A stretch of DNA of 32,757 nucleotides from contig NW_021832791.1 in assembly GCF_006345805.1 (NCBI RefSeq), positions 1-32,757 on the forward strand, given 5' to 3'. The notes under the pieces were generated by a model, which made no database searches, was not told the DNA's origin, and saw nothing but the letters and a program-made list of their open reading frames with translations. Position 1 is the first letter of the stretch. The number at the start of each line of letters is the position of its first letter. The DNA comes from Octopus sinensis (lineage: Eukaryota). A program made the position numbers and the translations under genes. Positions 1 to 12,565 of the stretch are shown piece by piece.

Positions 1-172
1 GCAATGAAGATAAATGGATCTACCAGCGATCTTCGTATTTGATTCGGCTTAACACCGGCACCTCATATAAGTTGGAACTACACAGTTGGATACTCTAGGG
101 TCAAGTGTGACTGTGATCGAAAAAAAAATCTATGAATCTGTTGAACTGCAATGACAATATTACTGTAATAAT

Positions 173-553
173 GTGAAGGCGCAATGGCCCAGTGGTTAGG
201 GCAGCGGACTGCGGGTCATAGGATCGCGGTTTCGATTCCCAGACCGGGCGTTGTGAGTGTTTATTGAGCGAAAACACCTAAAGCTCCATGAGGCTCCGGT
301 AGGGATGGTGGTGATCCCTGCTGTACTCTTTCACCAAAACTTTCTTCACTCTTACTTCCTGTTCTGTTGTACCTGTATTTCAAAGGGCCCCTTGTCACTC
401 TCTGGTCACGCTGAATATCCCGAGAACTGCGTTAAGGGTGTACGTGTCTGTGGAGTGCTCAGCCACTTACACGTTAATTTCACGAGCAGGCTGTTCCGTT
501 GATTCGGATCAACCGGAACCCTCGTCGTCGTAACCGACGGAGTGCTTCCATCC
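173..553 (+). mobile_element. tRNA-derived SINE, family A, full length
   Basis: A box TGGCCCAGTGG and B box GTTTCGATTCC in a tRNA-like head. Same body at 29668 and 31101. 11-bp TSD ACTGTAATAAT at 162-172 and 554-564. Confidence 0.9.
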
Positions 554-859
554 ACTGTAATAATAATCTTGGAAGAGTTAGATACTACCAGGAAATGTAT
601 AAGAAAATGGTTGAAGAATTTGTTTTTCGTTTCAACAACTTTATTATCAGAGGTGGAGACTGATGGCGCGGAGGCATTGGGAAGAAGTTATCTTCAGAAC
701 GGAAAACTAGGCCGAATGCTAAGATTAAAGCTACTCCCAAGTTGTAGGTGGTGGTGCTTAATCCTAGAACAGGAACGGTCCCCCAGTACAGTTCCCGACT
801 ATCAAATTTCTCTCGCAAAAAACTTTGGCCAAAGTAATTGCAGAAGATATAAGCCGAAA

Positions 860-1080
860 TAATTCTTTCTTTCTAATTTTGGCACGAGGTGAGCAATTTT
901 GGAATGCGTGGGAGTTCGATTGCATCGACTTTAGCGCTCAGCATTGTCTTTCATCCGAAAGAGGATGAAAGGCAATGTCACTTTTGGTGGGGATTGAACT
1001 ATAGAATGTAAAGAACCGGGAGAAGTAACGCTAACCATTTTGTCTGGCATTGTAACAATTCTATCAGTTCGCCACCTTAA
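860..1080 (-). mobile_element. SINE family C (C2 tail), diverged
   Basis: Reverse complement of the head ggcggcgagctggcagaat, the gcctttcatcc core and the ccttgtgcc/agaattat tail. Confidence 0.7.
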
Positions 1081-1091
1081 GTAAAAGCCAA

Positions 1092-1321
1092 AATAATTCT
1101 TTCCTTATATACTGTTGGCACAAGGCACGAAATTTTGGCGCAGGGGGAATATTAGATTATACCGGTCTCAATTCTCGATTGGTACATATTTTATCGATGA
1201 CCCTGAGAATAAAAGGCAAAGTCGACCGCAGCGGAATTTGAACACAGACTGTAAAAACAGGGAAATGCTGTTGAGCATTTTGTTCCGCTGAGTTAACGAT
1301 TCTGCCATTTCGCTGTCTTTA
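1092..1321 (-). mobile_element. SINE family C (C2 tail), diverged
   Basis: Contains aaaggcaaagtcgacc..cggaatttgaac (reverse-complemented core and B box) and aacgattctgcca (A box). Confidence 0.75.
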
Positions 1322-1429
1322 TATGACAAAACGGCGACAGAAGACATTTGCCGAAGATGACGAACAGTGGTATTGAATCAGAAACTGCATAGTTGTGAAA
1401 CGAACTCCTTAACCACGCAACTATACATG

Positions 1430-1966
<537 letters not shown>

Positions 1967-2261
1967 TCCATTTAATGCGTGTATGACTCAAAACTCGCTA
2001 AGATATAATTTTATTTGTTAAAAGTAATAAATCTTTTTCTCTGGTGCAGCTAGTCTCTCCATTAATTTAGATTTTTGCCACTTTCATATAACAACAACGC
2101 AGTAGCCAACATCATGAAATGGTTTCAGCGAGATAATATATCTTACTTATACAAGTAAATATATGTATATTTATGTACGTGTGTGCGCGCGCGCGCGCGC
2201 GAGTATATGCATATGTCTATGGATATATATATATATATATATATACACAGACATATGCATA

Positions 2262-2659
2262 TACTCTTTTACTCTTTTACTCTTTTACTCTTTTACTTGT
2301 TTCATAATTGACTGCGGCCATGCTGGAGCACGGCCTTTAGTCGAGCAAATCGACCCGGGATTATTCTTTGTAAGCCCAGTACTTATTCTATCGGTCTCTT
2401 TTGCCGAACCGCTAAGTGACGGGGACGTAAACACACCAGCATCGGTTGTCAAGCGATGTTGGAGGGGGACAAACACACACACATACACACATATATATAT
2501 ATATACATATATACGACAGGCTTCTTTCAGTTTCGTCTACCAAATCCACTCACAAGGATTGGTCGGCCGGGGCTATTGCAGAAAGACACTGCCCAAGGTG
2601 CCACGCAGTGGGACTGAACCCCGAACCATGTGGTTGGTTAGCAAGCTACTTACCACACA
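2262..2659 (-). mobile_element. SINE family B
   Basis: Near-identical to 1430-1966, with a shorter internal microsatellite. Confidence 0.9.
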
Positions 2660-2669
2660 TGCATGTATT

Positions 2670-2732
<63 letters not shown>

Positions 2733-2945
2733 TATTTACATACGATATGCGCAGATAAAATAACATCCGCTATTTACGGACGCATCATGCAGCCGTACGC
2801 ATACGCGCACACGCGCACACATGTATACATGAATTCACATGCAATCTTCTACCCACGCAGATGAACACACAAGCATACTCAAACATGTAGGTATTTGCTC
2901 ACAACTGTTCTCATAACCACACACGCACAGCCACACAGTGCACAA

Positions 2946-2946
<1 letters not shown>

Positions 2947-3007
<61 letters not shown>

Positions 3008-3052
3008 ATCTATCTATCTGCCTGTCTGTATGGCTGTCTGTATGTCTGTCTG

Positions 3053-3083
<31 letters not shown>

Positions 3084-3166
3084 CTATCTATCTATCTATC
3101 TATATATCTATCTATCTATCTATCTACCTGTCTGTCTATATGTGTATCTATCTATCTACCTATCTA

Positions 3167-3197
<31 letters not shown>

Positions 3198-3266
3198 GTC
3201 TCTCTGTCTGTCTATCTATCTATCTACCTGTATGTATATATGTGTATCTATCCATCTACCTATTTA

Positions 3267-3330
<64 letters not shown>

Positions 3331-3390
3331 TCTATCTATGTATCTATCTACCTGTCTGTCTATATGTGTATCTATCTATCTTTCTATCTA
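2947..3390. repeat. Compound (TATC)n/(TGTC)n microsatellite
   Basis: Read directly. Explains the IYLS/VCLS ORFs. Confidence 0.95.
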
Positions 3391-3682
3391 TCTTTTTATT
3401 TACAAAGATGCACGCGCGCAGTCCCTTCTCCCCAACACTCACATACGCGATCAAATATTCAAAGAAATGTATACACATCCGTAAATGCATGTATAAAAGA
3501 ACGTAAAAAGAACGAAGACAATAATTGCAAAAAAAAAGTTTGTGTGTGTGGCTGCATATGAGCGTGTGTGGCAGGGTTGATATACAGAGAAGCGGGAAGC
3601 GATATGCCTGTGTGTCGGCGCCATTGCGTATGCAATAGTATACGTGTGGCTGTGAGTGTAGGCGTGCGTAAATGTATGTGTG

Positions 3683-3716
<34 letters not shown>

Positions 3717-3782
3717 GTGTGTGTGCAGGTAGGTTGGTAACTAATTACATAGTTATAAAGATAACGAATGGGAAGGAAAACG

Positions 3783-4048
3783 GGAGAGAGAGAGAGAGAG
3801 AGAGAGGCAGAGGGATAGAGAGACAGAGACAGAGAGCGAGTGCGAGAGAGAAAGAAAGATAAAAGGGCGTAGAAACATTGAGCAAGAAGCATAGAAACAT
3901 GAAGAGAGAGGCATAGAGACAGAGAGAGAGAGAGATACAGAGGAAGAGGGAGGGAAACAGAGAGAGAGAAAATGGGTGAGAGAGCGGGAGAAAGTTAAAA
4001 AGAAAGAATGGGAGTGGGAAAGAGGGGCAGAGCGTGGGAGAAAGCCAA

Positions 4049-4086
<38 letters not shown>

Positions 4087-4183
4087 AAAGGGGGAAAGAG
4101 AAAGAGAGATAAGAGACAGAGAGCGAGAAAGAAAAAGAGAGAAAGAAAGAGACAGAGAGAGATACAGAGATAGATAGATATAA

Positions 4184-4247
<64 letters not shown>

Positions 4248-4250
4248 AGC
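3783..4250. repeat. Degenerate (GA)n polypurine tract
   Basis: About 470 bp that are almost all purine on the + strand. Confidence 0.9.
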
Positions 4251-4278
4251 CAGATAGATATTCCATCGAAGCTTTTTT

Positions 4279-4570
4279 AGTGGCTGTGAGGTAAGTAACT
4301 TGCTTACCAACCACATGGTTCCGGGTTCTGTCCCACTGGATAGCACATTGGGCAAGTGTCTTCTACTATAGTCTCAGGGCCGACCAAAGTCTTGTGAGTG
4401 GATTTGGTAGACGGAAACTGTAAGAATCCCATCGTTGACTCGAATTTGATGTTTCTTCTCTTATCAATGTTTATTTTATTTCTGTTTCAATTACATTTAA
4501 GCACTTCGTTTTTGCAGTCTTATAAAATTCTTTTGTCTCCATAAAAGGAGGCAAAAATGATTTCTTCTCG

Positions 4571-4612
<42 letters not shown>

Positions 4613-4902
4613 GTGTGTGTGTGTGTTTATATATAAGGAAAAACTAAGCTAAGAGCATTAGGTTCCTTGGAAGAAAGCAGCGAATGTATACGAAAAAAGA
4701 ATGGAAAAAAACGGAGAAAGTTACACAAATACAATAAAAATAATAATATATATACATACATGTGTGTGTGCCCGTATGTTTATATGTATATATTTGTCCC
4801 CCCCACCATCGCTTGACAACCGATCTTGTGTGTTTACATCCCAGTAACTTAGCGGTTCGGCAAAAGAGCCCAGTAGAATACGTACTAGGCTTACGAAGAA
4901 TA
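4279..4902 (+). mobile_element. SINE family B split by about 350 bp of inserted or expanded sequence
   Basis: 5' half 4279-4434 (agtggctgtg...cccatcg) and 3' half about 4785-4902 (tttgtccccccaccatcgcttgacaacc...gaataa). Confidence 0.75.
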
Positions 4903-5023
4903 ATTCAAGCTGACAGTTTTTTTTGTACATTTTCGTGGCGGAAAATACATCTTTTGTGGCAGTTATAACGATATTGATCTCTTATATCAGAATAATGAGG
5001 CGTTTCAATAGAACATCCTTACA

Positions 5024-5051
5024 CCGGGAATTACCGGGTACACCAGTTAGT
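5024..5051 (+). mobile_element. Possible decayed Helitron 3' terminus
   Basis: ccgg-gaatta-ccgg hairpin followed by ...cagTTAG|T, resembling the hairpin + CTAG|T end. No 5' end found. Confidence 0.3.
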
Positions 5052-5102
5052 ACATATATATATATATACATATATATACATGCATGAATATACACATATA
5101 TG

Positions 5103-5180
<78 letters not shown>

Positions 5181-5307
5181 TATATATATATATGTATATA
5201 ATATATGTATATATAAAATAGGTTTATATATACAATATTAAATGAAATATGTGTATAAATATATATAGGTATAAATATATAATTATACAAAATATGTACA
5301 TGTAATA

Positions 5308-5354
<47 letters not shown>

Positions 5355-5480
5355 ATATACATATATATTTATGTATATATATGGATATTACAATATGTAA
5401 ATATGCATATATATATGCGTATATATATATATATATATGATATATAAAATAAGCATAAAATAAGTACATATATATATATA
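5052..5480. repeat. (TA)n-rich low-complexity tract
   Basis: Read directly. Confidence 0.9.
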
Positions 5481-5793
5481 TACACATGCACACAAGCATA
5501 TGAGAAAGATATACAGACAGAAGGGAGAAAGAGTATATAGCTATTAAATTGTAGTCTTCTGTTACCACTTCAAATTCCACCCATTCATTTTGTGTGGTAA
5601 AGAGGATGTAAGAGTGTGGTATCGAGATGCTATTTCTAGCATAACTTATAGAAAGTGGGAGGCAGAACCAGTGATGATAACGGGTGTTGTAAGGGGTTGG
5701 TCACCGTCCTTGTATGAGGCACATATGTATATTGAAGGTGTTCAGTTAACTTCGTGTGTGTGTATGTATTTGCGTGTAAGTTAATATGTATGC

Positions 5794-5900
<107 letters not shown>

Positions 5901-6562
5901 AAATGTTGTGCTAGAACACCGAATACTGTGTGAGATGTCTTGAGAGGACCTCTCAAGGTAAATAACATTACGTTCTATAAATCGTTGACCGACGATTCGG
6001 CTGTTATTTTGCAGCTGGATATCTGCCACTGAGGAACCTATACATAGCGAAATCGCTTGATATAGCTGTTTCGGTGGCCGAAGCAGATGGTTCTACTCTG
6101 TCAATATATAATTACTTTTATGCTCCACGAATTGCATGAGAGATCCTCTCGAAGTAAATAACGCAGTGTTCTGTGTTCTAGGACAATCTCCACGTTAAGT
6201 TGGATATAAAGATTGCTTTTGGTACTAATATTGCTTCTGTCGCTAATTGCAACGCTTGTGCTTGAATAGACACTGATATTCTATAAATTGTTGATAGGAG
6301 ATTCGGCTATTATGTCGTTGTTTGACATCTGTCACTGAGAGCCCATAGTCCATGAGGACACCCACTGAACAAGAAAACGCAAAAATATCGAATGAAATCA
6401 TCAGTGCCTTGACTAGAATGGTCATCAGTTTAGAAACAGGCGTTCCTAATAAATTAAATTCTATCTGTTGATTCTATTACAGTTTGAAAATGAATAAATA
6501 CTGACTTTATAATCATTCGTTGTGTGAGTGTGTACAGGTTTTGACACTGTATATAAATAAAT

Positions 6563-6823
6563 GTGGAGGCGCAATGGCCCAGTGGTTAGGGCAGCGGACT
6601 CGCGGTCAGAGGATCGCGGTTTCGATTCCCAGACCAGTCGTTGTGTGTGTTTATTGAGCGAAAACACCAAAAAGCTCCACGAGGTTCCGGCAGGGGGTGG
6701 TGATCCCTGCTGTACTCTTTCACCACTCTTTCTCCCACTCTTTCTTCTGTTGGCCTGCTCGCTTAGCCAGCGGGGTGGCGTCATTCAAAGGCTAAAAACA
6801 ATGCGAACGCATTGTGACCAGCG
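6563..6823 (+). mobile_element. SINE with family A head and body but family D 3' tail
   Basis: A-family to about 6745, then ggcgtcattcaaaggctaaaaacaatgcgaacgcattgtgaccagcgat, as at 14227 and 15561. 12-bp TSD ATATAAATAAAT at 6551-6562 and 6824-6835. Confidence 0.85.
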
Positions 6824-7191
6824 ATATAAATAAATACCCACGTACACACACATACATGAGTACGTATGTATATCTCTCTCTATATATATATCTGTGTATG
6901 TATGTTTCTTCTGTATATATATATATATGTATATATATGTATTATATTATATTATATATATATAATATATATATATATAATTAATGAAATGGATAAATGA
7001 ATTATCTTGTTACGGATTTTCAAATTTAACCGATACCTGTGTAGCAAAAATCACACACAGAAAAGACACGGTTGAGGTTACGGCCATGGGGTTTCGCCTC
7101 CGTGCTTTAGCGCGGATAATTGAAGTTTTATATATTTAGTGAAGGGAAGAAATGGAGCGAACGAAGATTCTACAAAATCCTTTTTATTATT

Positions 7192-7275
7192 TTTTCTACA
7201 CATGTTTCAAAGGCTGCAAATTCCCAAATTCGGATTGAATAAGGAGACCATTCTGCAACTTTCTCTTCAGGAAAA
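7192..7275 (-). ncRNA. Type I hammerhead ribozyme fold (PLE-type), long helix II
   Basis: Minus strand reads TTTTC-CTGAAGA-GAAAGTTGCAG...TTGCAGCCTTT-GAAA-C-ATGT-G-TA|GAAAA. Helix I is 5 bp, the core is complete, helix II has 10 of 11 pairs, helix III is minimal. Confidence 0.7.
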
Positions 7276-7939
7276 TCCAGGAATTTAAAATCTCAAAACA
7301 AATGCGCAGCAAACTTTTCGAACAAAACGCTCCCTAGGAGCCCGTGTAAAAATGGCACAAAACTGTCTCTCAATATGCGCTGACGTCAGAGTGGTGAAGG
7401 CCGACGAAAAAAATCCGTTGGAATAAACCTAGTCAAACCACGGTCAAATCAGGTAGGGGAAGAATCACAGAAAACCCAAAGAGTGTGAATATATTCTGTA
7501 TAACTAGTGTTAATGTTCAAATTGTCTTAAGAATGACAGTTATCTTATTTGGGTGTGAGGACTACCTACATGTATGTGTGTGTGTGCGCCTATGTATGTG
7601 TGGCAGTATGTTAGGAAGCAGCTAGAGAGAAATATTTGTATTGTAGGCATTGCTGGTCAAGCGGCTGATAAAATTCTGTGTAGTCTGTGTGTTCGTCTAT
7701 GACCAGTTTATATACAGATGACTTGTCAAAAAACAGGGGAGTATAATCCCTGATATTGTTTCTAAAAAAAGTAGCAGAACATACGCTAAAAGGGAGTAAT
7801 TTCCCTTTTCAAATTTAATTCAAAATTTTTTCCAAATTTCTTATTATATTATATATATATGTATATACATATTTATTGTATATATATAATATTTATTGTA
7901 ATATATATACATATATATTGTATATATATTGCATATATA

Positions 7940-7989
<50 letters not shown>

Positions 7990-7993
<4 letters not shown>

Positions 7994-8205
7994 TTTACTA
8001 CCCACAAGGGGCTAAACACAGAGGGGACAAACGATTTTAGTCGATTATATCGACCCCAGTGCGTAACTGGTACTTATTTAATCGACCCCGAAAGGATGAA
8101 AGGCAAAGTCGACCTCGGCGGAATTTGAACTCAGAACGTAACCGCAGGGAAATACTGCTAAGCATTTCGCCCGGCGTGCTAACGATTATACCAGCTCGCC
8201 GCCTT
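7990..8205 (-). mobile_element. SINE family C (C1 tail)
   Basis: Full head plus core gtcgactttgcctttcatcctttcggggtcgat and tail gccccttgtgggtagtaaagaa. Confidence 0.9.
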
Positions 8206-8365
8206 ATTATATATATATTTTTGTAGTGTGGTTTATAGGGCATGGTATACAATGTGATCCTTTGCTCAGTATTTCAAAAGCTGTGTTACTAGGTATCTAA
8301 TTAATTTCAAATTCTATTAATTTTCATCCATATCTAGAAAACAATGTATATATATAAATAAAAAA

Positions 8366-9015
8366 AGGCATCGGAGGGGCGATGAATACCCTGCGCGCAG
8401 ATATATATTCTTTTTTGCACATTATAGTGTGACTTACAGTGAGTTACTTACCCATGCTTTTAATTGAACTAAATTAAGCTCTGTAAGTGTTTGACTTAAA
8501 GAGCCTACAGTCGCATATTTATGTATGTACTCACATGTGTCTACATGCATGGGTACAGCATGATCCTTCCACACGTAGATGAGGAGTGATTCATATGAAA
8601 AAGAAAGTGAACAAAATGAAATACTTATAGAAAATATTGCATAGAATCTGAGAAGTGTATGACCACTTGCTTATCGAGAAATTTGTAAATTTGATTAAAA
8701 AATGTTGTTTTAAGTATCACCATTATAGCTATTTATACTCTCGTGAAATTAAGAAATTAACTCGTACATAAACGAAAAGCCTCGAATGCATCAATGTACA
8801 CACACACACAGAGTCGTATACCTATGTATGTATTTATATTTATGCATGTTTGAAGATAATTAAACCATATTTTTATCATTTTGAGCCACTCTCCCAGTGA
8901 ATATTTCTGCCAAGTTTCGTGAAAATCAGTTTAGCGGTTTTCCAGTAATTTTGCAAACAAACAGACAAACAAAAGTGATTACAACACAATGCTTTCGCTT
9001 ACACGCGCAGGGTAA
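8366..9015. mobile_element. Probable non-autonomous Helentron (HINE/DINE-like) element
   Basis: 11-bp subterminal inverted repeat TACCCTGCGCG (8387-8397) / CGCGCAGGGTA (9004-9014). Hairpin CATCG-N6-CGATG at 8369-8384. AAAC/AGAC repeats near the other end. A-rich flanks. Confidence 0.55.
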
Positions 9016-9067
9016 ACGTGAAGAATACAGCCCATACGTTAATTCAGTACATCCTTTCACTTTGCAG

Positions 9068-9121
9068 AATCTTGATTCTGTTAAAACGATGAACTTTCAG
9101 ACTACTATACATTATTTCAAG
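9068..9121 (+). other. Candidate 54-nt exon with GC donor (NLDSVKTMNFQTTIHYFK)
   Basis: Acceptor catcctttcactttgcag and donor AAG|GCAAGT. Only phase 0 is open. No recognised homology. Confidence 0.25.
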
Positions 9122-9189
9122 GCAAGTATACAAACTCTGATGATTTCACGATGTAGTCTGAATGTAAAGTACATCTCTGCCTAACAGAA

Positions 9190-9246
<57 letters not shown>

Positions 9247-9388
9247 GACCTATCTGTCTGTCTGTTTATACAGATACATACACACTACGCACACATTTCT
9301 GTATGTATGTATGTATGTATTGTATGTATGTATGTATGTATGTATATATATATATATATATATATATTGATATATATATATATATATC

Positions 9389-9421
<33 letters not shown>

Positions 9422-9430
9422 TATATATAT

Positions 9431-9478
<48 letters not shown>
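9190..9478. repeat. (TATC)n, (TATG)n, (TA)n and (GATA)n microsatellites
   Basis: Read directly. Confidence 0.9.
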
Positions 9479-9717
9479 TTAAATGCACATATATGACACT
9501 ATCTTCCACACCATCATGCTCACACAAATTCCGAAACACGCAGTTCATATATCAAATGTAGAAATTATTAGAAGTTATTCTTATTAGAAATGTATAGCAA
9601 TATAAAAACAAGATTCGTTCGTTGCAACTGGTAATATGATAAATAAAAGAAAATCAGAAAAAAGTTATTGACATTAGTAGCCTAGAAAAAGTGAAAGTAT
9701 TTGAGATGAATGCTTGC

Positions 9718-10170
9718 ACGTACATACATACATACATACATACATACATACATACATAAATACATACATACATACATACATACATACATACATACATACA
9801 TACACACATACATACATACATACATATGTGTATATAGATACATACATACATACATACACACACATACATACATACTTACATACATACATACATATGTGTA
9901 TATAGATACATACATACATACACACACAGACATACATAGATACATACATACATACATACACACACATACATACATACATACATATGTGTATATAGATACA
10001 TACATACATACACATACACACACACATACATACATACTTACATACATACATACACACACATACATATATACATACATGCATACATACATACATACATACA
10101 TACATACATACATACATACATACATACGTACTTACATACATACATACATACATATGTGTATATAGATATA
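9718..10170. repeat. (TACA)n array with recurring interruptions
   Basis: Read directly. CATATGTGTATATAGATA recurs at 9823, 9891, 9981 and 10151. Confidence 0.95.
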
Positions 10171-10186
10171 TACACAATATACATCG

Positions 10187-10583
10187 TACTCTCTCTTTTT
10201 ACTCTTTTACATGTTTCAGTCATTTGACTGCGGCCATGCAGGAGCACAGCCTTTAGTCGAGCAAATCGACCCCAGGACTTTGTAAGCCTAGTACTTATTG
10301 TATCGGTCTATTTTGCCGAACTGATAAGTTACGGGGACATGAACACACCAGCATCGGTTGTCAAGCGATGTTGGGAGACAAACACAGACACACAAACACA
10401 CGCATATATATATACATATACATGACAGGCTTCTTTCAGTTTCCGTCTACTACCAAATCCACTCACAAGGCTTTGGTCGGACCGAGGCTATAGTAGAAGA
10501 CACTTGCCCAAAGTGCCACGCAGTGGGACTGAACCCGGAACCATGTGGTTGGTAAGCAAGCTAGTTACCACACAGCCACTCCT
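10187..10583 (-). mobile_element. SINE family B
   Basis: Colinear with 1430-1966. Confidence 0.9.
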
Positions 10584-10832
10584 ATATGTACACAAGTATA
10601 TTTATCGGTATTTGCTTTCATTGGTAAAATTATATTGTTTTATAAGTTGTTCTATTTACAAATAGTTTTTTTTAGATATTGACCTTGTAAAGAAATATAA
10701 AATGATATTTAATAAAGGAATCTGATTATAATGTAACCCACTTCAGATGATGTCAGTGATGGTATCAATTGTGGTGGTAGGTGGGACAGTGTCACTGACT
10801 GCATGAAAGGATTGTTAATATTCTCTGAGCTC

Positions 10833-11046
10833 AGGGCGACAAGTTCGCTGAATCGTTAGCACGCCAGGCAAAATGCTTAGCGGCATTTCGTCCGTCTTAA
10901 AGTTCTAGGTTCAAATTCCGCCGAGGTCGACTTTGCCTTTCATCCTTTAGAAGTCGATAGAAGAAGTATCAGTAAAACACTGAGATCGATATCACTGATT
11001 TATCCCCTCCCTGAAATTGCTGGCCTTGTGCCAAAATTTGAAACCA
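10833..11046 (+). mobile_element. SINE family C (C2 tail)
   Basis: gaatcgttagcacgcc, ggttcaaattccgccgaggtcgactttgcctttcatcc and tail ggccttgtgccaaaatttgaaacc. Confidence 0.85.
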
Positions 11047-11250
11047 ACAATCTCTGCGCTTAGGGTGGTGGAGATAACCGAGAAAGCGTAGTAGATTAGA
11101 GCTTAAATGGAGGGGAGAAAAAATAAAATTCATGAGCTTTGATGGCTATTTTACATATAGGAGAGAGAAAAGGGAATAACTGCTAACTCAAAAATAATTT
11201 GTCATTGAATAGAGGTACGTCGTGAGATCAACTGAATTCTGAATTAATGG

Positions 11251-11487
11251 ATACCTATTTCTTTACTACCCACAAGGGGCTAAACATAGAAAGGACAAAC
11301 AAGGAAGGACATAGGTATTAAGTCGATTACATCGACCCCAGTGCGTAACTGGTACTTAATTTATTGACTGCGAAACGATGAAAGGCAAAGTCGACCTCGG
11401 CGGAATTTTAACTCACAACGTAACGGCAGACGAAATGCCGCAAAGCATTTCTCTCGGCATGCTAACATTTCTGCCAGCTCGCCGCCT
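11251..11487 (-). mobile_element. SINE family C (C1 tail) with long TSD
   Basis: Full-length copy. ATTCTGAAT(T/C)AATGGATACCT is repeated at 11236-11256 and 11488-11508. Confidence 0.9.
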
Positions 11488-11706
11488 ATTCTGAATCAAT
11501 GGATACCTGGCTGAGTATTCCACAGAAACATAATGTTTCTGTGAAATGATGTGATAAGTAAAGCGTGCCTCTGGTGAAGTTACTCTAAACGTAATTCCCA
11601 GGCAAAATATGGGTGTCACGGTGTTTTACAGTTGAATTTCCGACACAATCAATCCAACAGATTCCGTCTACGCAATTTCACTCACAGTCTATGGGGGCCA
11701 TAGCCT

Positions 11707-11888
11707 TATTTCGTCTGCCGTTACGTTCTGAGTTCAAATTCCGCCGAGGTCGACTTTGCCTTTCATCCTTTCGGGGTCGATAAATTAAGTACCAGTTACG
11801 CACTGGGGTCGATGTAATCGACTGGATCCGTTTGTCTGTCCTTGTTTGTCCTCTCTGTGTTTAGCCCTTTGTGGGTAGTAAAGAAATA
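11707..11888 (+). mobile_element. SINE family C (C1), 5'-truncated
   Basis: Starts at tatttcgtctgccg and ends gtagtaaagaaata. Confidence 0.9.
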
Positions 11889-12565
11889 CATTTATGGCTA
11901 TATATATACAAAAGAAAATATTTGCCCAAGATGCCATGTAAAGTGATTGAACTTGAGACGTCATAGTAATGCAGCCAGCTTCTTAATACCTGGCTATACA
12001 GCACCTAAACAAAAGATGTTAATCCAGGCATGAACAAGCATAAAAGAGGAGTGCCACTTGACTTTGCTAGAAGGATGTTTGGATGTAAGAATACACAAAA
12101 AATGAAGTTAGTCAATTAGCACCCCATCCCATACGCCCCCGCTATAAAAATGACCTACGGCCTCTTCACCAAACAAATAAAAAATATCTGATTTTTTTTT
12201 TCAACGAGTCCTATCGACGCTACTGTTTCTAAGTCTTTAAGTAATGGGTGTTTTCAATAGACAGAACATCTTAGGTAAATATTAAATTACATGTGTTCTG
12301 ATACAATATATTAAATAGGTAGACGTACAAGGGTGTCGATGAATAGGTAGTGAAATATTGTGTGAAGCACAAAATATCGTTGTTACAAATAGCATTGTAT
12401 ATTTCTAAAGCCTTTATTTAAAAGTGCTTTGAGTAGAAGGTTTCATATTAATGTTCTTTTTTTGTATGTGTGTGGTACTAATCGCGCAGGTGCCAATCTG
12501 TCGCAGACTTGTTTTTCAAGCGACTCTCTTCTGATGGTTTCAACACAAAGGTAGACTCTAAAGGA

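Noticed and set aside
175-250. tRNA-like sequences at the heads of family A copies
   Set aside because: The acceptor and anticodon stems do not pair properly and each is followed by a SINE body, so they are not tRNA genes.
257-502. Recurrent ORF MFIERKHLKLHEAP... (also at 29731 and 31185)
   Set aside because: It lies wholly within SINE family A. The recurrence reflects the repeat, and the lengths vary with indels.
542-862. 106-aa ORF in non-repetitive sequence
   Set aside because: Non-ATG start overlapping a SINE tail, and no recognisable motif or splice structure.
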